A stretch of 64,000 nt of DNA from Parvularculaceae bacterium (GCA_021776475.1 JAJFFV010000004.1:437-64436), one strand, 5' to 3'. Positions 18,364 to 28,204 are shown, counted from the stretch's first letter. Numbers and translations: made by a program. The notes: generated from the sequence alone by a model not told the origin.

Positions 18364-18780
18364 TCAGAGGATCAGAATATTGTTCAGTTGAACAGGCGAT
18401 AATGGAACTGGTGGTGCTAGACTGGGCGGTCGCAATCGCGCAGATATCCAGAGGCCGACATCAATTTGTAGCGCCGCGTCAAAGGCAAGAATTTTTTCAG
18501 CACTTGGCAATTCCGCAGCAAAGGCCTTCAAGGCAACTTCGTTTGCTTTTTGATAGTATGCATCACATTCCGCACACCCCGCACAGTCCATGGGAGCCAT
18601 TTTTTCTGATGGCCATGGAGCTGCATCGTGGCAGCCTTTCTCAGAAGACGGGCTGTCACTTTCTGAGGCAACTGCAGCTTGCTCACTAGGCGTAGCGCTC
18701 GCATGGCAGCATGCAAAAACGGGATTGATGACAAATGTCACCATCACCGCCAATATCGCAATTTGCTTCACAAACACCAT
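18364..18780 (-). CDS. secreted Cys-rich protein with Pro-rich tail, first gene of the cus operon (paralog of 9802..10269)
   Basis: Signal IAILAVMVTFVINPVFA, ACCH pair, acidic/Ser stretch, DCAGCAEC, and tail RLRPPSLAPPVPLSPV. Confidence 0.55.
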   Translation of the reverse strand: MVFVKQIAILAVMVTFVINPVFACCHASATPSEQAAVASESDSPSSEKGCHDAAPWPSEKMAPMDCAGCAECDAYYQKANEVALKAFAAELPSAEKILAFDAALQIDVGLWISARLRPPSLAPPVPLSPVQLNNILIL

Positions 18781-18814
18781 AATCCGTTGTTACCCGATAA
18801 CTTCATTTATGTCC

Positions 18815-18831
18815 ATACCCCATAGGGGTAT
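18815..18831. promoter_or_regulatory. CsoR-type operator dyad ATACCCC-ATA-GGGGTAT
   Basis: Perfect 7-3-7 inverted repeat, 35 nt upstream of the start at 18780. Confidence 0.6.
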
Positions 18832-19095
18832 ACAGTGACTTAATTCCTTTACGACAGCCTAACAAACTCGGCTGAATGATTGGTAAATCGGCACTTCGCG
18901 ACCCTTCAGGTTGTATTGCCACGCAAAAACAAGCCTCTCCTTTTCAAGTCCGACAAATCAATCGCCAACGGCGTTGTTGAGTGCTTCGTCCATCCGACTT
19001 CCACATTGGACCGACAATTCCGGCACGACCAGCCGGTTTGCAGCCATCGTTGGGCCGGACTGGGTGAGATACATATTCTGGTCTAGCCGGCGGTG

Positions 19096-20391
19096 CTACT
19101 GGCGAGGACGCAGGATCACCGTATCCACAATCAGCTGGCAGCATTCAGGATGGCGGAAATAGTAAGTGTGTATGAGTTCGTTCCATTGGAAAGTATCTTG
19201 AAGTAAAGCAAGGGTGTCAGCTGACAGTTCGGGCGCATCGCTCATCATTTGTTTCATGAGCGGTACGCGCTCACCCAGAGCCTCATTTGTCCTGATTATC
19301 AGCTCATTGATAATTTCTTTCGGCAGATCAATAATCAATGAGGGTGATTGCGGAATCCGACTTACTGACAAGACATTCGTTCCAGGCGCTACTCCGAAGG
19401 CAGATGATTTGATGACATTTGTAAGCAACCGATTTAGCGATGGCGCTAAAGGCACTGATAAGACCCAGCCGAAGCACGAAAGCAATATAGTCAGGATGAC
19501 TGCCGCAAGAAAAAAAACAATGAACGCGAAGAAAAAACAGATGATAATTATAAATATCGTAAAGCCTGAGAAAACCAATTCGACTCCGTTCATTCCATAA
19601 ACAACAATTGGACCTATAAAAGCGATAATGGACAGCACGGAAGCCATTGGAATGGCAAGAGTTGTGAACCCGGTTGCCAGAGAACGGGTTCCAATCGGTT
19701 TGACTTTCAATCTGTGTACATTTTCCAGCAACTGTAAAGCTTCATCAGATTGATGAACTATAATGTTCATTTTATTGGGTCTGTACGAAAGGTATTTTCC
19801 TGTTACCCACCAGAATATTTTTCGAGCACGCGGAAAAAGGACCGGTCGAAACACAACAAGAGGAAAGCCAACCACAAGAAAAGCAGCAACGATTTCAGCG
19901 AGGTCGTTCATACTGCCATTGGCCTGCGTGGGAGTGATAAAATAAAACCCGTATGCTAGTACATAGTAAATTGAATATGCCAACGCGGCAGCAATAATCG
20001 CGATTAAAACCAACTCACGTCTGTTATACTGATATTGCACGCCCTTACGAGTTTTCAGAAATGGCGCCCCAACAGTTGTTATGTGCACATACATTCTTGC
20101 TGCGGGTTCTAAGTGTATCATGCACAGCTCTGCGACATTTCCCCCATGACTATGCGCGATAACTGCCACACGCTCTGATTTTGCAATCAATTTCAAGCAA
20201 TTTGACAGTTCTTTTGCTGCTTTCTCCCTCTCGTCCTGACTATTTTCACCGCTCCACCGAAACTGGATGATATCCTCTTCAGCTACATGTTCCGTTAGCT
20301 GTTGCCAGAACTGGCTACCCTTCTGCCACCAGCGGTCGCCCTCTAAGCTCTCATCGGTGTCAAATGTTCCATGAACCAGAACGTACTTCAT
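19096..20391 (-). CDS. membrane-embedded alpha/beta-hydrolase (lipase/esterase-like) with internal multi-TM block
   Basis: N-terminus VLVHGTFDT...WW...FRWSGENS...VAVIAHSHGGNVA (A-H-S-H-G nucleophile elbow). About 6 hydrophobic helices in the middle. C-terminus ...WNELIHTYYF (candidate catalytic His). Visibly AT-richer than the flanks. Confidence 0.6.
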   Translation of the reverse strand: MKYVLVHGTFDTDESLEGDRWWQKGSQFWQQLTEHVAEEDIIQFRWSGENSQDEREKAAKELSNCLKLIAKSERVAVIAHSHGGNVAELCMIHLEPAARMYVHITTVGAPFLKTRKGVQYQYNRRELVLIAIIAAALAYSIYYVLAYGFYFITPTQANGSMNDLAEIVAAFLVVGFPLVVFRPVLFPRARKIFWWVTGKYLSYRPNKMNIIVHQSDEALQLLENVHRLKVKPIGTRSLATGFTTLAIPMASVLSIIAFIGPIVVYGMNGVELVFSGFTIFIIIICFFFAFIVFFLAAVILTILLSCFGWVLSVPLAPSLNRLLTNVIKSSAFGVAPGTNVLSVSRIPQSPSLIIDLPKEIINELIIRTNEALGERVPLMKQMMSDAPELSADTLALLQDTFQWNELIHTYYFRHPECCQLIVDTVILRPRQ

Positions 20392-20543
20392 TACCCCCGA
20401 GCCTCGCGATCTATTCTACTTTGCTTACACTGATCAATAGGGAATCCTGCCACAGAACTGGGCGAATGGACAAATGAAAAGAGCTGAAGGTTTAGTATTA
20501 TGCTCTTGCACTTCTTTACGAGTGCTGCCCGGATTTGCGAGCT

Positions 20544-21227
20544 TCACCGGGCCTGTTTGGTTTTGGCAAATACGCTATAAAGAAGCCACTTTGGGAAATC
20601 ACGCTTAAGGATTGCCTGACCCTCGAGTTGGATCCGACCACTTGCTATCTCCGGCCGTATCGGTCGCAATCCCCTCCAAACTTCCGCTAAGGTTTGAACC
20701 CGGGTGCAAATGCGCAAATCAATCTCAAATCCTGTTGGTTTTGTGCACACGTCGACGGTGCTGTTCTCGCACACCAGCCAAAACAAGTGGTGGTTTCTTG
20801 GTGCATCCGTGAAGTCAATTTCCAACACAAGGCGCCCCGCGGGCATCACCGAAATATCAAGACGTCGGTGCATCGCCCAAACTAGCCAACCAGGATCAAG
20901 GTCATCTTTTTCGATGTCGCGCGCCCATCTTTGACCCCACTCGCCGATGCTGCCAAGAACAGTTTTGAGTTCTCGTCCCGCATCTGTCAGAATGTATTCG
21001 TCCGCATGGTTTTTATTGATCGGCTTTCGAATGAGCGCACCGGCGTCCTCCAATTGGTCAAGCCTTTGTTTTAGAAGTGTCGCTGAAATTCTCGGCACAC
21101 CTCGCCGGATGTCATTGAAGCGCGTGCTGCCAGCATTGAGCTCGCGGACGATAAGCAGCATCCATTTCTGCGTCAGGACTTCCGAGGCCAGAGCAATGGG
21201 GCAAAATTGACCGTAGTCTGATTTCAT
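20544..21227 (-). CDS. HxlR-family winged-helix regulator with C-terminal extension
   Basis: ATG at 21227. CPIALASEVLTQKWMLLIVRELNAGSTRFNDIRRGVPRISATLLKQRLDQLEDAGAL. Confidence 0.8.
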   Translation of the reverse strand: MKSDYGQFCPIALASEVLTQKWMLLIVRELNAGSTRFNDIRRGVPRISATLLKQRLDQLEDAGALIRKPINKNHADEYILTDAGRELKTVLGSIGEWGQRWARDIEKDDLDPGWLVWAMHRRLDISVMPAGRLVLEIDFTDAPRNHHLFWLVCENSTVDVCTKPTGFEIDLRICTRVQTLAEVWRGLRPIRPEIASGRIQLEGQAILKRDFPKWLLYSVFAKTKQAR

Positions 21228-21361
21228 GATGAACCTAAAAAAATGTCGTCCGCATGAGGCTAGCACTATTCATCTGGCAAATCTGGTCCAGATTATTGAC
21301 TGGATCAACGCAATTCCTTCTTTACTAGTGGACAAAATAATAACTATGGGTGACTTGATCG

Positions 21362-22066
21362 ATGATTTTCCCAAAAAAAGCTCCTATTATATCCCGTCGA
21401 AGCATTTTAGTCGGAGGGGCCGCACTCATGGCGACAATCAATTCAACGCCAGTTCTTGCAGCGAAAACGAAAGCGTTGAGAAGGAACACCTCGCAACCTC
21501 CATTTGACCGGAACCGCTTTGTCGAGGACTGTATTGCAGCGCATCATGAAACCGACTCGATTCCCGCTGTGCGAGACGTCTTGGCCCGCGCCGTTGCTGA
21601 TCACCAATCTGTGCTCGCTGGCCTTGGTGAACCGTCAGCAGCGGGATTGGACGTATTGCTCAGCTCCCCCACTCTCACGATTTTCGCGGCGCAATGGACG
21701 CCGCAAATGAATCTACTGCCCCACGATCACGCGATGTGGGCCTTGATAGGCATTTATACCGGACGCGAAGACAATATATTTTGGCGGCGACAGAACGGTG
21801 AAATTGAAGCCTATGGGGCCAATTGTTTGTTCGAAGGCGATGTTGCGACCTTGCCCGCTGAGGTCATTCATTCGGTAACAAACCCGCTCCTTAGATTTAC
21901 GGGCGGCATTCACATTTATGGCGGTGATTTTTTTGACACAGCGCGCACACAGTGGGACCCCGAAACGCTCATCGCGGAGCCCTCAGACGGTGATTCTATC
22001 CGTGACATGTTCGCGCGAGAAAATGCACGCCGAAAACTTGCCTCCGGTGGCAGGTCTACCCAATAA
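21362..22066 (+). CDS. Tat-signal double-stranded beta-helix (cupin-like) metal-dependent protein
   Basis: SRRSILVGGAALMATINSTPVLAA Tat-like signal. HDHAMWALIGIYTGRE ... EVIHSVTNP ... GGIHIYGGDFF. Divergent from the HxlR gene. Confidence 0.55.
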   Translation: MIFPKKAPIISRRSILVGGAALMATINSTPVLAAKTKALRRNTSQPPFDRNRFVEDCIAAHHETDSIPAVRDVLARAVADHQSVLAGLGEPSAAGLDVLLSSPTLTIFAAQWTPQMNLLPHDHAMWALIGIYTGREDNIFWRRQNGEIEAYGANCLFEGDVATLPAEVIHSVTNPLLRFTGGIHIYGGDFFDTARTQWDPETLIAEPSDGDSIRDMFARENARRKLASGGRSTQ

Positions 22067-22411
22067 CTGATGAAGCGCTCTTTTGTCAGTACGCGCTACA
22101 GAAGAGATGGAACATTAGAAATAAATAAATTTATGCGGGGGCTCCATCGTCACAACTTGTTTTCAAGCGTTGCTCGCCGTCGCCTCAGCTTTTGCAATCG
22201 ATTGTCCGGGGCGTACTCAATTTCGGATTCGATTCTAGGATCGCCTTGTTGAGAGATCGATGTCTAGATCTGAGATCTGCTGCACTCCTATCTGTAATGA
22301 ATTGATCCTCATGTGTTGCGAAAGGCACCAGCCCTAGCCTCGTTCAATTCGTTGGTTTTGCTGCAGATTATTGCTAGCTTGTTCCTGCCTTTACGGATAT
22401 CAGGACGCATT

Positions 22412-23710
22412 ATGAACCTTTCCAGGCGAGCCTACCAAAATGCCGTCACTGCAGCAGGTCATCTGCTTGCCGGAGAAAAACCGATCCGCATTTTGCGATC
22501 CCTCAATTGGCCGGCCGAAACGGGCCATGCTTTTCTGGCCTCTGGCGGGCAGACGCTTCCGGTTATCGAATACCCACCCTTCGACGGCACGGAGACCCGG
22601 GCGCAGCTAGCAGCTGCGAGGGCCCTATTGGTCGGCGATCACCCAGTTTTTGCGTGGCTGCGGCGCACAGCCGACAAACTTGAACTTGCGGCGGCCATGC
22701 TCGAAAACATTGGCAGCGCGGCATTTTATCAATACAGCCAGCGCCTCTACGGGACACCAGAGCGTGTGTTACTAGACGGGGTCACAAAGACGATTAATCT
22801 GGCGCGACACTTGGATGATGCCCTCGCCAATCTCGATTTCGGGCAGTTAGTCGTGGGCGGTACCGAAGAAGAGATGAACGCAGAGGAATTCGCCGGCCAG
22901 CTAGCTGGGCGGCTGCCAAAATATTTCCAGGATCAGGCCCCAGCAATTGAGATTGATGAGAATATGTCCTCCAAAGCGGCGGCTGGGTCGCGCCGTATAC
23001 GCATCAGCAAGACCGCCACCTTCTCGGCGATGGACGTTCATCAGCTGATGATGCATGAAGCGCTGGTTCATACGGCAACCGCGCTGAACGGCCGGGCGCA
23101 GACAGAGTTTCCAATCCTGGGCGCTGGCCATGCCGGCACGACAGAAATTCAGGAAGGCCTGGCCGTGTTCGCCGAATTGATCAGCGGCGCGCTGGATCCG
23201 ATCCGGTTCCGCCGTCTGGTTGACCGGGTCATTGCCATTCAGATGTCAGTCGACGGCGCGGATTTTATCGAGGTATACAAGTATTTTCTCGGGCAACACG
23301 AGAAACCAGCCCAGGCATTCGATGATACACGACGGGTTTTTCGCGGCGGCGTCATCACCGGTGGCGCGCCGTTTACCAAAGACGGCGTTTATCTGAATGG
23401 TCTGCTCCGGGTGCACAACTTCATGCGCACTGTCATTAAGCTGCGGCGGGCCGACCTGATCAGATTGCTGTTTGTCGGCAAGCTTGACCTAGAAGACGTG
23501 CCGGCACTAGCCGCCTTAGCCACCAACGGACATCTGACACCGGCCAACATCCTGCCGCCATGGGCCAGAGACATGCGTTTTCTGGTGAGTTACCTTGCCT
23601 ATTCGTCTTTCCTCAATCAGGTAAAACTGCCTGGCCTGCAATCGTATTACACGACCATGTTGGACGAAGTGCCTGATGTCTGGGATTTCACTGATTCTGG
23701 AAACGCCTGA
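22412..23710 (+). CDS. DUF1704 / QEGLA-motif protein (flavohaemoglobin expression-modulating family, putative metallo-carboxypeptidase)
   Basis: Literal TTEIQEGLAVFAE string and an HEALVH string. ATG at 22412 chosen within ORF 22313..23710. Confidence 0.75.
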   Translation: MNLSRRAYQNAVTAAGHLLAGEKPIRILRSLNWPAETGHAFLASGGQTLPVIEYPPFDGTETRAQLAAARALLVGDHPVFAWLRRTADKLELAAAMLENIGSAAFYQYSQRLYGTPERVLLDGVTKTINLARHLDDALANLDFGQLVVGGTEEEMNAEEFAGQLAGRLPKYFQDQAPAIEIDENMSSKAAAGSRRIRISKTATFSAMDVHQLMMHEALVHTATALNGRAQTEFPILGAGHAGTTEIQEGLAVFAELISGALDPIRFRRLVDRVIAIQMSVDGADFIEVYKYFLGQHEKPAQAFDDTRRVFRGGVITGGAPFTKDGVYLNGLLRVHNFMRTVIKLRRADLIRLLFVGKLDLEDVPALAALATNGHLTPANILPPWARDMRFLVSYLAYSSFLNQVKLPGLQSYYTTMLDEVPDVWDFTDSGNA

Positions 23711-23878
23711 GCCACTAATTTTTCTCATCACACGACGGATCTTCATTGAGCTGTGCTGAAAATTTACGACTTCCTCAGGTGGGAGACCTGAAGGACGCCA
23801 TGTGGGCCAGTGCGATAGCACACGATCATTGCAGAATTCTACCCGAATGTGACCCTATTCTTGTTAGTCAGTCATTCT

Positions 23879-24115
23879 TTAGTCAGATAATAAAATGTAT
23901 TTTGCGTCGATTACAGTCAAACATATAAGGAGAAATGCTGCACTAAAATCTCCAGCGTCAAGTTTCGCCGTTAGTTCTTTTGCGCCAATATCATATCCCT
24001 GCTGATCAAGGAGCGTCGACAGTTTCTCATGTGTCATTTTTTTTCGTTGAATTTCTTCTCTCAGCAGTTTTGTGGCGCGTGCTCTGTATTCTTGCTTCAG
24101 CGAGGTTGGCATCAT
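23879..24115 (-). CDS. small DUF6471-like protein
   Basis: 78 aa. KLLREEIQRKKMTHEKLSTLLDQQGYDIGAKELTAKLDAGDFSAAFLLICLTVI resembles the DUF6471 pattern (from memory). Confidence 0.4.
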   Translation of the reverse strand: MMPTSLKQEYRARATKLLREEIQRKKMTHEKLSTLLDQQGYDIGAKELTAKLDAGDFSAAFLLICLTVIDAKYILLSD

Positions 24116-24377
24116 AGTATTTGCCTCCGAAATACGGTTGATGTTTATATACCATATTTCAGTGATTGACCAAGGCCGGGGTTACCAAATTATACGGATG
24201 AAATATGGGGAACACACTGTATCGTCAACTTTGCGCACTCTTTGCTGTTTACCCTCCTCTTGGTTCCTCTCAGTAAGCTAAAAATCACAAATTGATATGG
24301 ATCACTATTTCAGTTGCAACATGGACGAGAAAGAGAATCACCCGACCCGTTAGGGCTCGATCCAATACCGCGCCTTG

Positions 24378-25418
24378 TCAGGTGTATTCCATGCCGTCGA
24401 ACAATGGATCATTTTCAGCCTCAAGTTCTACTGCTGCAAATGCTTCTTCCGCGTCATCCATGCTATCGACGCAAGCAATGTGAAAGAGTGCATCACCGCG
24501 ATTTACAATTGGCAGATTGGAACGCCCAATGATGACGCCAGATTTGCTTGCCAGGACGTCTTCGTTGACACGTCCCAACGGATCGGAAACCTTGCCGATG
24601 ACCTCATTTTTGCTGACCTGAGCACCGAGCGGTTTTTCGTCGCGCAGGATACCGCCCATCGGCGCACGCAACCAATGGCTCGACATGGCACGAATGGGTT
24701 CGGTTCTTTTGGCCGAATCCTTCCCCTTTCGAAGCATGCCGATATGGCGCAGGACGCCGAGAACTCCTTTCACGCCGATGCGGATCGCAGGCTCGTCAAA
24801 TCGCAGTGCCTCGCCTGCCTCATAGAGCAAAGTGTTGCACCCTACTTCCTGTGCCGCTTGCCGAAGTGATCCGTCGCGCAAATTCGCGTTCAACATGATC
24901 GAGGCGCCAAAAGCACGCGCCATTGCCTCGACAATGGGATCGTCAAGATTTGCCCTGATCTGTGGCAAATTCGCCCGGTGCACAGCACCGCTGTGGAGAT
25001 CGATCCCGTACTCAGCGCGCTGAACAATCTCTGTCATAAAGATATGCGCCAGTTGGGCAGCAAGCGAGCCTGACACATTTCCAGGAAAACACCGGTTCAA
25101 ATCACGCCGGTCAGGAAGATATCGTGAAAGCGCGACAAAACCATAAGTATTAACTACCGGAACAAGGATGAGCGTACCGCGCAATCGGCTTAGTAGTTTG
25201 AGTTCTGTCAATCTTCGGATAATCTCGACACCGATAATTTCATCGCCGTGGATTGCCGCGCTCACGAATGTGACCGGTCCGGCCTTTCGGCCATGCATCA
25301 CCTGAACTGTCAGATGCATCTGTGTGTGGTCGGACAGATAGCTCAATGGCAAGTCAATCACCCGGTGTTCACCCGGTTTGATTTTCTCACCGCCAAGTTC
25401 AAATTCACTTACCGGCAT
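24378..25418 (-). CDS. succinylglutamate desuccinylase/aspartoacylase (AstE/AspA, M14-like) family zinc hydrolase
   Basis: VSAAIHGDEIIGVEIIRRL (HxxE zinc site). ATG at 25418 lies 5 nt after the rimK stop. Confidence 0.75.
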   Translation of the reverse strand: MPVSEFELGGEKIKPGEHRVIDLPLSYLSDHTQMHLTVQVMHGRKAGPVTFVSAAIHGDEIIGVEIIRRLTELKLLSRLRGTLILVPVVNTYGFVALSRYLPDRRDLNRCFPGNVSGSLAAQLAHIFMTEIVQRAEYGIDLHSGAVHRANLPQIRANLDDPIVEAMARAFGASIMLNANLRDGSLRQAAQEVGCNTLLYEAGEALRFDEPAIRIGVKGVLGVLRHIGMLRKGKDSAKRTEPIRAMSSHWLRAPMGGILRDEKPLGAQVSKNEVIGKVSDPLGRVNEDVLASKSGVIIGRSNLPIVNRGDALFHIACVDSMDDAEEAFAAVELEAENDPLFDGMEYT

Positions 25419-25422
25419 ACTA

Positions 25423-26328
25423 TTAGCCTTTCCCGCGCGTTTTCGTCTTGCTGGGTTTTGCATCTTTCTCGAGATACTCGATGATCATGCTCGCCACATC
25501 TTTTTGGGTTGCTTTTTCAAGACCTTCGAGGCCCGGCGATGAATTCACTTCCATCACGACAGGGCCAGAATTGGCACGCAACAAATCGACCCCGCACACG
25601 TTCAGTCCCATGGCCTTGGCGGCCGTTACAGCGGTCTGTCGCTCGAGCGGGCTAATTTTAACCATTTCAGCCGTACCACCACGATGAAGGTTCGACCGGA
25701 AGTCGCCCTCTTTACCCTTTCGCAGCATCGCGGCGACAACCTTATCGCCAATCACGAAACACCGCAGATCCTGGCCACCTGCTTCTTTGATAAACTGTTG
25801 GACAAGAATGTTGGTTTTAACGCCGCCAAATGCTTGGATGATCGATTCCGCTGCCTTTTGGGTTTCACCAAGAACGACACCGATACCTTGCGTTCCTTCG
25901 AGTAGTTTGATGATCACCGGCGGCCCACCGGCCATGTCGATGATCTCCTCTGCCTGGGATGTTCTGTGTGCGAACACTGTTACAGGTAGACCGACACCCT
26001 TACGGGCCAGTAACTGCATGCTTCTAAGCTTGTCGCGGGAACGTGTTATTGCAACAGATTCATTCAACGGATAAACCCCCATCATTTCAAACTGCCGCAG
26101 AACGGCAGTACCGTAGAATGTGACAGATGCTCCAATCCGGGGAATGACGGCATCGTAATGCGGTAGAATTTCCCCAGAGTACCGAATAGTCGGTTTGCTT
26201 GACGTTATATTGATATAACAGCGCAAGTGATCAAGGACATCAATCTCGTGGCCACGTTGTTTGGCCGCTTCAACAAGCCTTTTGTGCGAGTATAAATTCG
26301 GATTTCTGCAAAGTAGAGCGATTTTCAT
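25423..26328 (-). CDS. rimK: RimK-type ATP-grasp alpha-L-glutamate ligase
   Basis: [33 protein letters not shown] plus ATP-grasp core, 301 aa. Confidence 0.85.
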   Translation of the reverse strand: MKIALLCRNPNLYSHKRLVEAAKQRGHEIDVLDHLRCYINITSSKPTIRYSGEILPHYDAVIPRIGASVTFYGTAVLRQFEMMGVYPLNESVAITRSRDKLRSMQLLARKGVGLPVTVFAHRTSQAEEIIDMAGGPPVIIKLLEGTQGIGVVLGETQKAAESIIQAFGGVKTNILVQQFIKEAGGQDLRCFVIGDKVVAAMLRKGKEGDFRSNLHRGGTAEMVKISPLERQTAVTAAKAMGLNVCGVDLLRANSGPVVMEVNSSPGLEGLEKATQKDVASMIIEYLEKDAKPSKTKTRGKG

Positions 26329-26330
26329 GA

Positions 26331-26759
26331 TTATTCTCCGTGTTTAATTTTCATTTTTCTTCTTTTACGGCCAGCACAATATGAGCGGCCAGGATCGACG
26401 ACAAATTTGGTTCGCACGGCTTCACGACCAATCAGCATGCGGAAGCCGAGGTCATCCCGGTTCGTCAACGTAAGTTCGATCGTCAGGTTTTTATTGCCGA
26501 TTACTGCCGTGGTTTTGACGACATATCTTGTTTCGCTGTGCCCCGTGGAGCTCTTGATTTTTCGTTGCTCCAACACCGGTGCCACACACTTTATCTCCGG
26601 CAATCGGCGGCGCTGCAGTGGGTGAATATAAAACTCGACATGGGGCGTTCCATCTTTTTCAAAAGGGCGGATGCGGAGTGCATGCAAGGCTGATGTTCTT
26701 GCTCCAGTGTCTATTTTAGCGTTGATCGGCTGCACCCCGAATTCCGGAAGCGTCACCAT
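26331..26759 (-). CDS. retropepsin-like aspartic endopeptidase (DUF785, the 'ATP-dependent zinc protease' family partnered with RimK)
   Basis: [35 protein letters not shown] extends to 26909, but that extension overlaps the upstream ORF, so the ATG at 26759 is taken. Confidence 0.65.
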   Translation of the reverse strand: MVTLPEFGVQPINAKIDTGARTSALHALRIRPFEKDGTPHVEFYIHPLQRRRLPEIKCVAPVLEQRKIKSSTGHSETRYVVKTTAVIGNKNLTIELTLTNRDDLGFRMLIGREAVRTKFVVDPGRSYCAGRKRRKMKIKHGE

Positions 26760-26814
26760 TTCTCGCCAACCGATGACACTTTTTTTCCCTAGTGCATTCA
26801 GATCGACGTTGCTG

Positions 26815-27117
26815 TCAGTGTTTTGTTTCCGGGCGCTCCCCGGTGCTCTCGAAACTCGCTTCGCCGAGGCGCCGGTAACTTGCGAAAGTGCGTGCGTTCG
26901 CAACTGCATAATGGGTCTCCATATCTAATAGGACGAAACCGAGTTCAAACATTTCGTCTGTCAGGTCCTTGAGAAAGCTGTCAGGGAGCTTTTTTCGATC
27001 CGCGATCTTGCGCAGCATCTTTGGTGATATCCGGTAGCGGCCACTGACTTTGCCGCCGAAGGGCTTTTCATAAAGGTCAGCGAGTTTCCTGGCGATGTCT
27101 GGGATCGATGGTCGCAT
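26815..27117 (-). CDS. hypothetical 100-aa protein leading the rimK operon
   Basis: Protein-like charged/helical sequence (IARKLADLYEKPFGGKVSGRYRISPKMLRKIADRKKLPDSFLKDLTDEMFELGFVLLD). No motif recognised. Confidence 0.4.
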   Translation of the reverse strand: MRPSIPDIARKLADLYEKPFGGKVSGRYRISPKMLRKIADRKKLPDSFLKDLTDEMFELGFVLLDMETHYAVANARTFASYRRLGEASFESTGERPETKH

Positions 27118-27223
27118 AATTTAGCCTCCTGCATGATCTAAATACTCACAAATAACACGCCATAGCAACAAAAATGTTTGCTATAGCTGCATTTTATGTA
27201 TATTTGGTGGAAAGAACCCTGTC

Positions 27224-28204
27224 GTGAGGAGCACATTTGTGGCAATATTGCAGATATTTCTCGGGCTAATTTGCCTCGGCCTTGGCGGTGATGCCTTGGT
27301 GCGGGGCGCCGTTGGGGTGGCCGAGCGGCTGAAAATCTCACCCCTGGTGACCGGACTGGTTTTGGTCGGTTTTGGCACTTCCATGCCTGAGCTGGTTACC
27401 AGCTTGAATGCTGTGCTGAAAGGCTCATCCGGCCTTGCAATTGGCAATGTCGTCGGCAGCAACATCGCCAATATTCTTCTGATCCTGGGGCTGACGGCAA
27501 TGATCTTTCCTATTGCCACCGATCCAAAGGCGTTCAAGCGTGACGCGCCGATGCTTGCATTTGCCACTGTCGCATGCGTGATCTTCGCGTTCAACGGAGA
27601 ATTCGGGCGCATCACCGGTTTTGCATTTGTAAGTTTTTTGCTGGCTTACGTCGTTTTCACTTATCTGACTGAAAGGCAAACACATGATGCACAGGCCCAA
27701 CTCCACATAGACGCGACAAAACTCGTCGCACCTTCAACACGGCCCTTTTGGCTGAGTGTTCTGATCGCCGCTACAGGCATCACCTTAGTTATTCTTGGTG
27801 CGCATTGGATCGTCACCGGATCAATAACAATAGCCCGTACGTTCGGTGTCTCAGAAACAGTGATTGGCCTCACAATTGTTGCGGTCGGTACATCCCTGCC
27901 TGAACTCGCAACGTCCATTGCCGCTGCCATTCGAAAACAGACTGATATTGCTTTCGGTAACATCGTTGGCAGCAACATATTCAACACTCTTGGTATTTTA
28001 GGCGCGACGTCAATGATCGTACCAATCACGGTGCCCGCAAATGTCCTGACCTACGATTTATGGATACTCATTGTCGTAACAGCACTTCTTTTATGGGCTG
28101 CCTTTACCGATGCGCGGTTGTCACGCCGTGAAGGTGCTGTATTCCTTGGACTCTACATTGCGTATCTGGGATTTCTGGCGGTGCGGGCTGCCGGTGCCAC
28201 GTAG
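27224..28204 (+). CDS. Ca2+/Na+ antiporter (CaCA, YrbG-like)
   Basis: Two alpha-repeats, GFGTSMPELVTSL and GTSLPELATSI. 10 TM helices. Confidence 0.85.
   Translation: MRSTFVAILQIFLGLICLGLGGDALVRGAVGVAERLKISPLVTGLVLVGFGTSMPELVTSLNAVLKGSSGLAIGNVVGSNIANILLILGLTAMIFPIATDPKAFKRDAPMLAFATVACVIFAFNGEFGRITGFAFVSFLLAYVVFTYLTERQTHDAQAQLHIDATKLVAPSTRPFWLSVLIAATGITLVILGAHWIVTGSITIARTFGVSETVIGLTIVAVGTSLPELATSIAAAIRKQTDIAFGNIVGSNIFNTLGILGATSMIVPITVPANVLTYDLWILIVVTALLLWAAFTDARLSRREGAVFLGLYIAYLGFLAVRAAGAT

Noticed and set aside
26760-26909. N-terminal 50-codon extension of the DUF785 protease ORF
   Set aside because: It overlaps the protein-like upstream ORF by 95 nt. The conserved family N-terminus (IGWRE.V.LPE.G) begins just before the ATG at 26759. 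A non-ATG start in between cannot be excluded.
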